Source: Candidatus Moraniibacteriota bacterium
GTDB lineage: Bacteria > Patescibacteriota > Minisyncoccia > Moranbacterales > UBA1568
Reading direction: 5' to 3'
Assembly: GCA_016699875.1 (NCBI GenBank)
Contig: CP064989.1
Location: 456,788 to 520,787 of the forward strand
DNA length: 64,000 nt
Shown here in pieces: positions 17,692 to 27,914 of the stretch. The notes below the pieces were generated by a model. The model did no database searches. It saw only the letters and a program-made list of their open reading frames with translations, and had not been told where the DNA came from. The first letter of the stretch is position 1. Each line of letters opens with the position of its first letter. The position numbers were made by a program, and so were the translations under genes.

Positions 17692-19548
17692 CTACTCGTC
17701 CCCCAATTTCACATACCGTGTCGGCACTACCTTATTCGAATGAAGCAGCGCATCAAGCAACCGAGCAATCGGCACAGTCGCCACACACGTCACCGTATCG
17801 GCACTTCCATAGTATACAAAAAGTGTTTCATCCTTCACAACCGCCCCACAACTATAGACAATGCGAGGCTTTGTCCCCTCGTTTTCATACCACACCTTCG
17901 GTTCAAGAATTGCCGCCTTTGATCGGGCAATCACTTTCGTCGGATCCTTCTTATCAAGAATCATCGCTCCGAGTTTGTATCCGCAGTCCCGAGTTGTCGC
18001 ATGGTAGAGCACGAGCCACCCCTCTTTTGTTTTTATCGGCGACGGACCGACACCGCGCACAAGCAATTCCCATCGTCCCTTAAGTGGCGTCTTAACATGC
18101 TCGCTTTTGATAAAAGTCTCTCCGTCAAAATCGAGATTGTCGAGATAATCGATGCGCACTTCGGGGCTGATGCTATGAAGCACAGCAAACCTCCCGTGAA
18201 TTTTCTCGGGGAATATGGTCCAGTTTTTGTGAATTTCCCCAGGCGGCGAAATCATCACCGGGCGCGACCAATTCCATTTTTTCGCCAAAAAGTCATCAAC
18301 GGAAATCTTTGTAAGCGCCACTCGCGGAAAATTATACCCATCAAATGCAGTGTACGTCATATAGAGCGTATCCTCGATACAGGTCACTTTCGGATCCTCG
18401 CTTCCTCCCCATCCGCTACCGGAAGCATACGGCGTCGTACATGACTCTTGAATCCTCGTTACCTTCACATCATCGAGGGTTGGCGAAGAAACATAGATGG
18501 GCACATCAAGTCGCTCATGTATCGAGAAACCGTCACGACTATTGGCGTAGCCGACCGTCGACAAACCATTCTTTCCGATCGCACGGTAGAGAATATGCAC
18601 CATGCCATCATCAGAAAGGAACGCTGCCGGATTAAAGACCTCGCCCGCCTCCCAATCATACTCCTTTCGAGAAGCAAGAATGGGATTTCCCGCATAACGT
18701 TCGAGCTTCATGCTATCGGGAACAACGGACACCGAAGCATTTCTGGAAACTTTCCAAAATTGAGCGATTTCTTCCACAAACAGCTTCCCATCAACACTCC
18801 AATACACGAGGACTTTCTTCGCCCGCAAGACAGACCCGATATACCGCACATCCTTCCCAATCCACGAATCGGGAGACTCCCACAGAGCTTCCTCCGACCG
18901 CCAGAGAATCGTTTTCGGATTCTCTTTCTCTGCCAAAGCAGAACCGAGAAGCCATCGCCCATCATGAGTTTCGGAAGCGTACAGAAGAATAATTCCATTC
19001 CCGGCAGGAATCGCCGCCACAAGACGTATCGGCCCCTCGTCGAAATATCCTTCGCGAGGTTTCAAAATTGCCGAGCGCTTTATATTCCAATGTTTCAAAT
19101 CGGTCGATACTGCCAATTTCACAGTACGCTCGCCAAAGAAAAACCCATACTTTTCTCGCCCTGCTTGCAAAGAAACAACTCTTCCCGTCTCGCGCAAACC
19201 TTCTATGTCCGAGATATCGCTCCATTCAATGCCATCGGAAGAAAACCCTGATGCACTTCGAAAAGTACCATCACTTGTCTTTCTCTTACAAGAAAGAAAA
19301 AAAGAATCTTCCGCAGAAGAAATTTCCGAAATACAAAAAACATCCGAAATATCCGGACGCAGACGAAGACTCCCCAAAAGTCTCGTAAAAATAAACTCTT
19401 TCTGTATTGGCTCAAAGGAGATTCCGTCCAAACTACTCAGAACAGATATTGGCCGATTCGATTTCCCTTGGGAATCACGCACATAGAGATATACATTCTT
19501 CCCAACTGACGAAACTCCAAGAACCGAACGGTCCAGAGAACGCTCCAT
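17692..19548 (-). CDS. Second double-module GH130 family protein (paralogue of 15737..17647)
   Basis: EVFNPAAFLSDDGMVHILYRA...GSEDPKVTCIEDTLYMTYTAFDG...HKNWTIFPEKI, plus an N-terminal second module. 618 aa. Confidence 0.75.
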   Translation of the reverse strand: MERSLDRSVLGVSSVGKNVYLYVRDSQGKSNRPISVLSSLDGISFEPIQKEFIFTRLLGSLRLRPDISDVFCISEISSAEDSFFLSCKRKTSDGTFRSASGFSSDGIEWSDISDIEGLRETGRVVSLQAGREKYGFFFGERTVKLAVSTDLKHWNIKRSAILKPREGYFDEGPIRLVAAIPAGNGIILLYASETHDGRWLLGSALAEKENPKTILWRSEEALWESPDSWIGKDVRYIGSVLRAKKVLVYWSVDGKLFVEEIAQFWKVSRNASVSVVPDSMKLERYAGNPILASRKEYDWEAGEVFNPAAFLSDDGMVHILYRAIGKNGLSTVGYANSRDGFSIHERLDVPIYVSSPTLDDVKVTRIQESCTTPYASGSGWGGSEDPKVTCIEDTLYMTYTAFDGYNFPRVALTKISVDDFLAKKWNWSRPVMISPPGEIHKNWTIFPEKIHGRFAVLHSISPEVRIDYLDNLDFDGETFIKSEHVKTPLKGRWELLVRGVGPSPIKTKEGWLVLYHATTRDCGYKLGAMILDKKDPTKVIARSKAAILEPKVWYENEGTKPRIVYSCGAVVKDETLFVYYGSADTVTCVATVPIARLLDALLHSNKVVPTRYVKLGDE

Positions 19549-19628
19549 AGCGATGTGATAGGTGTGTTTCTTTTATTATATCACCGAATCAAAGTGACCT
19601 TTCTTCGCACTGTCAAGAGTCGCGTCTT

Positions 19629-20882
19629 CTATTCGTATCGAAGCGCTTCAATCGGATTCAGACTCGACGCACGACGCGCCGGATACCACCCAAAGAGCAC
19701 ACCGATAGCCGCAGAAACTCCGAAAGCTACTAGAACCGATGACAGAGATACTTGCGTTGTCATACTGCCGAACTTCGAAAAAAGAAAAGCAGCAAGCCAC
19801 CCGAGCAACACACCAAGAACACCTCCACAGAATGTCAGTACGATTGATTCAACGAGAAATTGCCGACTGATATCTCGCCGCTTCGCACCGATCGCCTTGC
19901 GCAATCCGATCTCACGCGTCCGCTCTGTCACTGTCGTGAGCATCATATTCATAATGCCGATACCGCCGACCAAGAGCGATATGCCGGCAACGGCGCCGAG
20001 CAACAATGTGAACGTGCTCGTTACCGACGTTGCTGTTTGAACAATATCGGATTGGTTCATGACGCGAAAATCGGAAGCGTCATCCCCAGAGAGTCCGTGA
20101 CGCTCTCGTAAGAGCGCCGTAATTTCTTCTGACGCCGCATCCATTTCCGACTCATGGGCAATAGTAATATTGATAAGTGACAACGCATCGCTCCCCGAGA
20201 GATACTGCATAGCCGTCGAGATCGGCACATAGATGACATCATCTTCACTACCAAACCCGCTTCCGCCCTTCGAAGCCGTCGTACCGATCACCGTGAAATC
20301 AATGCCGCCTATACGTATTTTCTTCCCGACAACATCGGCGGAATCAACTATGGAGGTATCAGTCGACGACCCATCTCCAAACAAGGAATCCACGACATCC
20401 GGACCAAGAACGGCAACTTTGGCAAGCCGAGTATTCTGTTCCGCGGTAAAAAATTGTCCCGCATCAATCCCGAGATTTCGAACAGAAACATAGTCCGGCG
20501 TCGTACCACTTATGGATGTCCGTGTATTTTGTCCGTTGGCTATAACTTGAGAGTTACTCGAAACCACCGGAGCAATCGCCTCAATAGAAGAAACGGCGTC
20601 TTTGATGGCATCGGAATCCTCCAGTGTCAGCGTTACTGCCGATCCCTGACCCTGACTCACTGGCTGTCCGGGACCGCGTTGCGACCCGGGACGCACCATG
20701 AGAAGATTCGATCCAATAGACTGAATACTCTCCTGAACAGACTGCTGCGCACCAGTCCCGATAGCCACCATTGCAATCACCGAGCCGATACCGATCACGA
20801 TACCAAGCACCGTCAGCCCGGTTCGCACTTTGTTCGCAAGAAGCGCTGTTGTCGTCTCAAAGAAAATATCAGAGAAGAACAT
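19629..20882 (-). CDS. ABC transporter permease, MacB/FtsX family
   Basis: N-terminal TM, large periplasmic/extracytoplasmic MacB-like domain, C-terminal FtsX-type 3-TM bundle (...TFTLLLGAVAGISLLVGGIGIMNMMLTTVTERTREIGLRKAIGA...). Start refined to MFFSDIFFETT. Confidence 0.8.
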   Translation of the reverse strand: MFFSDIFFETTTALLANKVRTGLTVLGIVIGIGSVIAMVAIGTGAQQSVQESIQSIGSNLLMVRPGSQRGPGQPVSQGQGSAVTLTLEDSDAIKDAVSSIEAIAPVVSSNSQVIANGQNTRTSISGTTPDYVSVRNLGIDAGQFFTAEQNTRLAKVAVLGPDVVDSLFGDGSSTDTSIVDSADVVGKKIRIGGIDFTVIGTTASKGGSGFGSEDDVIYVPISTAMQYLSGSDALSLINITIAHESEMDAASEEITALLRERHGLSGDDASDFRVMNQSDIVQTATSVTSTFTLLLGAVAGISLLVGGIGIMNMMLTTVTERTREIGLRKAIGAKRRDISRQFLVESIVLTFCGGVLGVLLGWLAAFLFSKFGSMTTQVSLSSVLVAFGVSAAIGVLFGWYPARRASSLNPIEALRYE

Positions 20883-20907
20883 AGCATCTGTACAATTCAA
20901 AAGATAA

Positions 20908-21645
20908 TCAGCGACGAGAAGACCGATATGAATTCGACACATCGCTCACCAGTTCACCGTCTCGAATAGAGATAATCCGATCGGTATGCGCTGCGACATC
21001 TGGTTCATGCGTGATCAGCACAATCGTATGCCCCTGCTCGGTATTCAATCTTCGGAATGCCTCGAGCACCAAAACACCCGTCTTGGTATCGAGATTCCCC
21101 GTCGGCTCATCGGCAAGAATAAGTGACGGGTGATTCACAAGCGCCCGAGCGATAGCAACGCGTTGCATCTGCCCGCCCGAAAGCTGATTCGAGAGATGGT
21201 TCCACCGATCTTCCGGAAAGCCCACCGCGCGAAGCGCTTCTTCTGCGCGAGACAATCGATCACTCCTTGGCACACCCTCATAAATGAGCGGCAACATCAC
21301 ATTCCGCAGCACAGTCGTCCGTGGCAAAAGGTTGAACGCCTGGAAAACGAAACCGATCTTCCGCACGCGAATATCGGCAAGCTCATCTTCGGAAAGCTTC
21401 GAGACATCTTTTCCATCAAGAAAATATTCGCCACTCGTCGGAGAGTCCAAGAGGCCAAGAATATGCATCAAGGTCGACTTTCCCGATCCAGATGGCCCCA
21501 TAATGGAAACAAATTCCCCATCACGAATGGAAAGCGATGCCCCCTGAAGCGCAAGCGTTTCCGAATCGCCGTTCACATACGTTTTCTTCAGATTTGAACA
21601 CTCGATCACACGCGTAAGACAAATAAATAAATCTGCTCGAGCCAT
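20908..21645 (-). CDS. ABC transporter ATP-binding protein (MacB/LolD-like)
   Basis: Walker A GPSGSGKST, signature LSGGQMQRVAIARAL, Walker B LILADEPTGNLD. True start uncertain (M at 21645 or a GTG nearby). Confidence 0.85.
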   Translation of the reverse strand: MARADLFICLTRVIECSNLKKTYVNGDSETLALQGASLSIRDGEFVSIMGPSGSGKSTLMHILGLLDSPTSGEYFLDGKDVSKLSEDELADIRVRKIGFVFQAFNLLPRTTVLRNVMLPLIYEGVPRSDRLSRAEEALRAVGFPEDRWNHLSNQLSGGQMQRVAIARALVNHPSLILADEPTGNLDTKTGVLVLEAFRRLNTEQGHTIVLITHEPDVAAHTDRIISIRDGELVSDVSNSYRSSRR

Positions 21646-21770
21646 TACAGGAGACGCCCTGGAATACAACCTTCCGAAAATCGCAAGAACAACACCGATC
21701 CATGACCTCCGCGAAATATCTAAGCTCACAATACAGAGATATTCGGAATCCCCAACACGAAACTATTTTT

Positions 21771-22904
21771 TTAGAAAGGAAACATGCCGCCACCCGTCCT
21801 TCGGGAGGAAGAAGAGGTTGTTGAATTGGAAGCTGAAGAAGATGACTTTGTGGTCATAATCACATCGCCCTCGCTCAAACCACTCCGCACCTCTGTTGAA
21901 ACATCATCGGAATTCCCAAGAGTCACTGTAACTTTCCGAAACATGTCTTCGGTAAGAGAAGAATTTCCTTTATTTTTGGAAGCATCCAAGGCAAGTACAT
22001 ACTTCGCATTCCCATCCGAACGAAGCGCAGATGTGGGAATATACAAGACATTCTTTGCTTCGCTCAAAATAATCTCGACATCAGCGCTCATGCCCGGTTT
22101 CAAATTTTCCGGGACATCATCGAAACCAATCTCGGCATTATACGACACAACGCCGCTACTCACCGTCCCAATCGTATCGATTTTCGAGACAACCCCGGGA
22201 ACATCTGAAGCCTCAACCGCGCTAAAAGAAATCTTGGTTTGCTGTCCGACGGAAACACTTGCCGCATCCACTTCATTGAGCAAAACCTTTGCATAGAGTT
22301 TTTTGGAGATAATCGTCGCCAAGATATCATCTCGCGAAACAGAGTCCCCCGCAGACACCGAAAGCCCGGTTACGACCCCGTCAAACGGCGCACGAATGAG
22401 ATACTTCTGCAAATCTTCCTTCGCGTCCGAGAGACGATTCTCCGCATCTCGAACAACAACCTCTTGCAACTGGCGAGTCCGACGATCATCTTCGGTTTCA
22501 TGCTTGTACAGCTTCTCTGTCTGCGCCATCTTAATCTCGGCACTCCGCAAAGAAAGTTCCGCATCGCGGACAGATTTCTGCGCATCTTCCATATCAAGTG
22601 TCGCGATAAGATCGCCCTTTTTCACTTCCTGGTCATTCTTCACCGAAACACTTACCACGTCGATAGCATCACCCGCAACTACCGATTTCAAATCGACCGA
22701 GGACTCGGCATACACCTGTCCGCTCCCCGTCACAGATGACACAAGATCGCCCCGCTTCACCGTCGTTGTTTTGATTGTCGACGCACTGCTCGTCGTATCA
22801 GTCGATCGAAACCAAAAGTAGTAAGCGCCACCCAATACTGCCAAGACAATGAGAGTCGGAATAACAAATCTCCGAAACTTCGCCAACCCTGTTCGCTCAT
22901 TCAT
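21771..22904 (-). CDS. HlyD/MacA-family periplasmic adaptor (membrane fusion protein)
   Basis: N-terminal TM anchor, coiled-coil hairpin region (DAQKSVRDAELSLRSAEIKMAQTEKLYKHE...), beta-barrel/lipoyl-like segments typical of MFPs. Confidence 0.8.
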   Translation of the reverse strand: MNERTGLAKFRRFVIPTLIVLAVLGGAYYFWFRSTDTTSSASTIKTTTVKRGDLVSSVTGSGQVYAESSVDLKSVVAGDAIDVVSVSVKNDQEVKKGDLIATLDMEDAQKSVRDAELSLRSAEIKMAQTEKLYKHETEDDRRTRQLQEVVVRDAENRLSDAKEDLQKYLIRAPFDGVVTGLSVSAGDSVSRDDILATIISKKLYAKVLLNEVDAASVSVGQQTKISFSAVEASDVPGVVSKIDTIGTVSSGVVSYNAEIGFDDVPENLKPGMSADVEIILSEAKNVLYIPTSALRSDGNAKYVLALDASKNKGNSSLTEDMFRKVTVTLGNSDDVSTEVRSGLSEGDVIMTTKSSSSASNSTTSSSSRRTGGGMFPF

Positions 22905-23031
22905 AAGAAGAATCTAAAAACAAGCCCAGCTCTCTCTTTCAGCAGGATATCAAAAACAAAGAAGCCTCACAATCAACATCACTATTCCGATATAACACCG
23001 TCACAATGTTTCTCCGCCTCAAAATTCAAAC

Positions 23032-23382
23032 TTACTGAGAGGAAGAGCTACTCCGAGGCCCACTCCCCATTCCGGTTCCATTGCCATTCCCTCCCATCGG
23101 ACGGTCCGGCATGCATGAGAGCGTATCGCTGTTTTTCATCTGCTTACATGACCCGGATACAGTCGAATTTCCATCTCGAGAAGGAAACTCGCAAGAATCA
23201 CCCGCGGATTTCCCTGAACATGCGGCAACATTCTCTGCAGACGAAAACCCGCCATTTCCCAATCCCTGCGGAGCGCCCGAATCACTTCCGGAGAAGCTGC
23301 ATCCCGAAAGCATCAAAACACCCGCCGAGAGACCTGCGAACGCAGCTCCGAAAATAGCTGCTTTTGTTGTATGTATCGACAT
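23032..23382 (-). CDS. Small Gly/Ser-rich, Cys-containing putative lipoprotein
   Basis: Signal peptide with lipobox-like LSGC. 6 Cys. Low-complexity G/S/N-rich. Confidence 0.45.
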   Translation of the reverse strand: MSIHTTKAAIFGAAFAGLSAGVLMLSGCSFSGSDSGAPQGLGNGGFSSAENVAACSGKSAGDSCEFPSRDGNSTVSGSCKQMKNSDTLSCMPDRPMGGNGNGTGMGSGPRSSSSSQ

Positions 23383-23506
23383 AAATACAATGTGAGATCA
23401 CCCGAGTTAAATACCAGCGCACAAAACTCTGCAATACCCCAGCATATCCTTAATACGCGCCCGCTCCTGAGAGTTTGCACATACATCAAAAGCGCGAAAA
23501 CTCAAA

Positions 23507-23529
23507 AGCAAAAAGCCGGAACCTCCGGC
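23507..23529 (-). terminator. Intrinsic terminator after the ABC-F gene
   Basis: GCCGGA-acc-TCCGGC hairpin with A5 on the plus strand (U-tract on minus), directly 3' of the ABC-F stop. Confidence 0.55.
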
Positions 23530-23553
23530 ACAGAAAACAAACTATTAGTTTCG

Positions 23554-25008
23554 TCATGCAATCGACTCTAAGTCAATCGCTTCATCGATGCGAATTTGCG
23601 CGACGAAATTGTAGTCGTGACTCACGAGAATCATCGTGCCCGCATACCGATCGAGCGCCTCAGCAATAATCGGCAAATGACGGAAGTTAATATGATTCGT
23701 CGGCTCGTCAAGAATGAGTAAATCCGGTTCTTCAAGGAAAAGCTTGGCAAACATAAGAAGTCCCTTTTGCCCCTCGGACAAACTCTCGATTTTATTTTGA
23801 ATGAGCGACGCCGGCAAGAGAAACCGCGCCGCCGTTTTGTAGACATCTTCCATACCGCCGCCCTTCATCGAAGCACGGAGCGATTCCGCAACCGTTTCAT
23901 TAAAGTCCAGCGTCGAAAAATCTTGCCGATAGTAGCCGACTTTCACGCCCTCAGAAATTTCCGCGACACGATTGTCTCCCGACGCAAGCGCTTCAAGAAA
24001 CGTACTTTTCCCAATACCGTTGGGTCCCGAAATCAAGAGATGCGTCTTCCTCTTGAGCACAAGGTTGATCGGGCGGAGTGTGGCCTTGCCATCTCGAACT
24101 ACTGACGCCGCGAGAATATTCACGATCGGACCCGTCATATCCGATGATGCCATGTCGAACGACGGCAGTGTTTTGTCTTCGCGACGAATATCCGCCTTAT
24201 TCTCCTCCAAATCATCCGCGAGGGTCCGCATACGCTTTGCAACGCTGCGAAGCTTCCCGCCCTTGTGTGCGAACACATTCGCCTGCGCGCGCTTCTCTTT
24301 GATCGTATGCTCGCGACGCGCGTTCTCGCGCTCAGCCTTTTCGATGCGGCGCGCTATCTCTTCAACCACATCGTAGTAATCGCCCGCGTACTGTTCCACC
24401 TTCTGCGTAAAAATGTCCAGATAGAGAACACCCTGCGTAAACGCATTCAAAAAATCAGCATCGTGCGAAATCACCAAGCAAGTCTTTCTATAGTCGATGA
24501 GAAATTGCGTAAGATGCGCGATACCATCGGCATCCAGATTATTCGTCGGCTCATCAAGCAAGAGAATATCCGGATTCTGAATAAGTGCGGAAGCAAGCAA
24601 GAGTCGAGCCTGCTGCCCGCCGGAGAACGATCGAAGCTTCTTAGTTAAAGGCGGCACTGGCAAATGCACCACCTCAAGCACCTTTTGAATAAGCGCCGGG
24701 AGATTCCATTTCTTCTCGGAAAAACACTTCGCAAAAAACTCCTCCACCGTAAGATCAAGCTCGTCGCGCGATACCGTCTGCCGCGCAATTGCAACACTCG
24801 CCCCGGAGTCAATCGAGATCCGTCCCCCGGTCGGCACTAGCTCACCCATGATGAGCTTGAAGAGCGAGCTCTTCCCTGCGCCATTCTGCCCCATCAAGAC
24901 CGCTTTGAACCCCGCCCGCACCGAAAAACTCACCTCGTCCAAAACGGGCTTCTTGTGACTATATTCAAATGACACGTTCTCAAACCGCAAAACAATATTG
25001 TCGGACAT
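23554..25008 (-). CDS. ABC-F family ATPase (translation-associated, two tandem ABC domains, no TM)
   Basis: Two Walker A sites (GQNGAGKSSL; GPNGIGKSTF), two signatures (FSGGQQARLLLA; LSEGQKGLLMFA), inter-domain charged linker. Start refined to MSDNIVLRFENVSFEY. Confidence 0.85.
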   Translation of the reverse strand: MSDNIVLRFENVSFEYSHKKPVLDEVSFSVRAGFKAVLMGQNGAGKSSLFKLIMGELVPTGGRISIDSGASVAIARQTVSRDELDLTVEEFFAKCFSEKKWNLPALIQKVLEVVHLPVPPLTKKLRSFSGGQQARLLLASALIQNPDILLLDEPTNNLDADGIAHLTQFLIDYRKTCLVISHDADFLNAFTQGVLYLDIFTQKVEQYAGDYYDVVEEIARRIEKAERENARREHTIKEKRAQANVFAHKGGKLRSVAKRMRTLADDLEENKADIRREDKTLPSFDMASSDMTGPIVNILAASVVRDGKATLRPINLVLKRKTHLLISGPNGIGKSTFLEALASGDNRVAEISEGVKVGYYRQDFSTLDFNETVAESLRASMKGGGMEDVYKTAARFLLPASLIQNKIESLSEGQKGLLMFAKLFLEEPDLLILDEPTNHINFRHLPIIAEALDRYAGTMILVSHDYNFVAQIRIDEAIDLESIA

Positions 25009-25123
25009 ATGAAAACCCCCAAGAAAAATTCCAAGGTGTCTTTCAGAATGACAGAAAAAGAGAGAAAAAAGGCAAACAAAAAGAGCGCCGCACAAAGACC
25101 GACCATCGTTACATCCTCATTCT

Positions 25124-25768
25124 TTACGCTCCGTCGAAATGACACCCAAGAAAGAGTCCGCCACTATCCCCTATCAGCTGTTGCCCTCGATCCGTCACAA
25201 AGATCGCCTGTTCATCCGTTATAGCCGCAATCGGCTTCCCGATTTCCTTTTGCAGACGTTCTATTTTTCCTCCAAGTCGCTCAACAAAGTGAGGAGCCAT
25301 ACAAAACGGAACGAGATTGAACCCGCTCAAATCTTCAAGATGAATATCATTTTCATCTCCGGCCTCTCCGGAAACTCCGGCAGTCTGAATATTGGGGCCA
25401 ACAACAATAGAGCCTGCGCTTACACCGATATAAAACTTTCCTTTTTCGATCTCTTCCACGAGCCTTTTGTTGAGATGCGTTTTTCTGAGTCGATCCAAGA
25501 TATAAAAGGTGTTGCCGCCACAAATATAGTAGATATCGTACGCTGGCAGGCCAGAAAGATCTTTCTCTTCGGATATATTCACCGCATCATACGCGAGTCC
25601 GATATCCTTCAATTCTTCATCGTACAAATCAAGCCATTTCCAATCATCTTCCGTTCGAACCGTAAAAACCAAGCAGACTTTCTTATCTTCAAGCGTATCA
25701 AATTGAGACACAAAGAAATCCCGAACTTTTTTATGTGTCAGCCCCACAGAAGTAAGAAGAAGTTTCAT
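25124..25768 (-). CDS. Peptidase E (S51, alpha-aspartyl dipeptidase) / class-I glutamine amidotransferase-like
   Basis: Family-typical ICGGNTFYIL and GVSAGS (Ser nucleophile) motifs. ~214 aa. Confidence 0.7.
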   Translation of the reverse strand: MKLLLTSVGLTHKKVRDFFVSQFDTLEDKKVCLVFTVRTEDDWKWLDLYDEELKDIGLAYDAVNISEEKDLSGLPAYDIYYICGGNTFYILDRLRKTHLNKRLVEEIEKGKFYIGVSAGSIVVGPNIQTAGVSGEAGDENDIHLEDLSGFNLVPFCMAPHFVERLGGKIERLQKEIGKPIAAITDEQAIFVTDRGQQLIGDSGGLFLGCHFDGA

Positions 25769-25853
25769 AGAGAAGTGCCTTTTGCTTATTTGAAATACTT
25801 TCAGCTATTCACAAGCCGCGCACTAACCGCCCTGGAAAAATCGCTCCGACATT

Positions 25854-27779
25854 CTATTTCTCTCCCCCAACCCGAACCAATTCCGCAATAAGCTGACGTT
25901 CTTTCGCGGTATCATTTCGTTCGCGAGCAACACGCATAGCGCGTTCTATTGATTGCATGTCTTCCTTGCGAAGCGCGTCAACGAAGTGCTGCCACGTTGC
26001 ATCGAAAAATGCGCGCGCCTTCCCAACATCAATATCTGACGTATCTCCAGAAATCCCCAAGAGCTTCTCTCCAACAAAAGAAAGTGCCGCCGCGTCATCT
26101 TTGAGTTCGCTCGGGATATTGGCAAAAGAGAAACTTTCCGGGGTTTCACCGGCAAGAAACGAGAGAATTGGCAGTGTTGCAACCGCCGAGAACACGCGCT
26201 CCGCCGCGCCCTCGAGCGAGAGTGGCAAGAGTGCCGGGCACGCAAGGAGTATCCCTGCCACATCGCGCCCGAGCTTTTCCGATTGCCGCTCAAAGGACAT
26301 GGTCCCTGGAGAAAGACTCTGATTTGATTGATTGGCATACACCTCACGGGAAACATGCTGCGATACCGACAGAGACTGAAGTATTGTCACAACTGTTTGC
26401 TCGGGAACACCAATACGATCGGCAAGCACATGCGCCCAATGCATCTGCTCGATGCGCTGTGGGACAAGCGAAACAAGCCCCAAGAAATCATCAGCAATGC
26501 GCCGCTTCCCTTCCGCTGATTTTGCGTCATATGTCACAAGTGCCGCCTCGAGAAAGTATTCCGGTGCCGGCTTCGGATGAGAAACCGCCTCTCGCAAAGC
26601 ATCGATATTTTCTTTCGCCATCTCCGCCGCATCCTTCCCCGAAGGAAGTGAAATGATCGACACTGAGAATCCGAGAGATATCGCCATCTCCGCGCTTTTT
26701 CTCGCCGCTTTCTGTCCAGCACTGTCCATGTCAAAGAAAAGTCGGAGCGTATCCGTATACCGTTTGATCAGACGAAGCTGTTCATCCGTGAGCGCCGTTC
26801 CCGACACAGCCATCGTATTTGAAAATCCTGCTTGGTGCATCGCGATCACATCCATATTCCCCTCGACCAGAAGTGCAAAGCCCTCTGATCGGAGCGCCTG
26901 CCGCGACGGAAATATTCCGTAGAGCGCCCGCGATTTGTGGTACACCGGCGTCTCCGGCGTATTGATGTATTTCGCCGATCCGCCAGCTGGCGGATCATCC
27001 GCCCCCGGCAATACGCGCGCCGAAAACCCCAGCACGCGCCCCGACGTATCGAGGATCGGAAACGTCACCCGATCCCGAAATCGGTCGTATCCGCTCATAT
27101 CACTCCGTGAAGCGTTGCGAGCGAGGCCGCCCTGCAATACGACAGCATCTGAGTTTCCCGTTTGTTGTTTTCGAATCATCATTCCCGCTGTTTCTATTTC
27201 CAACAAAGAAAAACCCTTACCCGCCAGGAAATCCGAGAGCATCCGCCATCCGGGAAGCGCATAGCCAAGCCGGAACATGCGGATGCTCTCATCCGAAAGC
27301 CCGCGGCCTTGCAAATACGGAAGCGCTATTTTTTTCCCCGCACCATCCCACAATTGCTTCTCAAAAAACTTCGACGAGAGATCGAGTATCCTCAACATCC
27401 TCTCCTTGGCAACGCCCTCGCTGCCTTCAAAACTTCCAGACGCTGCTCCGCCATCGAAATCCGCGCTCGATCGCCTGGGATCAAATCGGCGCGTCCGACG
27501 CTCCAGCACAACCCCAGCCCGCTCCGCAAGAAGCGCAAGCGCCTCCGGAAACGAGAGTCCGTCCATCTCCATGACGAATGAGAAGATATCTCCGCCCTTG
27601 TTGCAACCGAAACAATGCCAACTTGCCCGCTCCTCATTCACGACGAACGACGGGCTCTTCTCATTATGAAACGGACAAAGCCCCTTCCAGCTCACACCCG
27701 CCTTCGTAAGCTGGACATATCCGCCAATCACATCTTTAACAGACAGTCGCGCTTTGATGTCTTCAACTTCAGTATTCAT
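25854..27779 (-). CDS. dnaG: DNA primase DnaG
   Basis: CHC2 zinc finger CPFHNEKSPSFVVNEERASWHCFGCNKGGD. TOPRIM region (EGNMDVIAMHQAG...DMDSAGQKAA). C-terminal helical domain. Confidence 0.9.
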   Translation of the reverse strand: MNTEVEDIKARLSVKDVIGGYVQLTKAGVSWKGLCPFHNEKSPSFVVNEERASWHCFGCNKGGDIFSFVMEMDGLSFPEALALLAERAGVVLERRTRRFDPRRSSADFDGGAASGSFEGSEGVAKERMLRILDLSSKFFEKQLWDGAGKKIALPYLQGRGLSDESIRMFRLGYALPGWRMLSDFLAGKGFSLLEIETAGMMIRKQQTGNSDAVVLQGGLARNASRSDMSGYDRFRDRVTFPILDTSGRVLGFSARVLPGADDPPAGGSAKYINTPETPVYHKSRALYGIFPSRQALRSEGFALLVEGNMDVIAMHQAGFSNTMAVSGTALTDEQLRLIKRYTDTLRLFFDMDSAGQKAARKSAEMAISLGFSVSIISLPSGKDAAEMAKENIDALREAVSHPKPAPEYFLEAALVTYDAKSAEGKRRIADDFLGLVSLVPQRIEQMHWAHVLADRIGVPEQTVVTILQSLSVSQHVSREVYANQSNQSLSPGTMSFERQSEKLGRDVAGILLACPALLPLSLEGAAERVFSAVATLPILSFLAGETPESFSFANIPSELKDDAAALSFVGEKLLGISGDTSDIDVGKARAFFDATWQHFVDALRKEDMQSIERAMRVARERNDTAKERQLIAELVRVGGEK

Positions 27780-27914
27780 ATATCCCTAGCCTATCGCCTT
27801 TTGCACAAAAAGATCAAGCGACAAAAAAAGAAGGGCGTAGCCCTTCCATGCTCCAGCTCGATTCAACAGTTCAATACGTCTCTTATCAATAAAATAAGCT
27901 CGCGTTCGTTTCCA

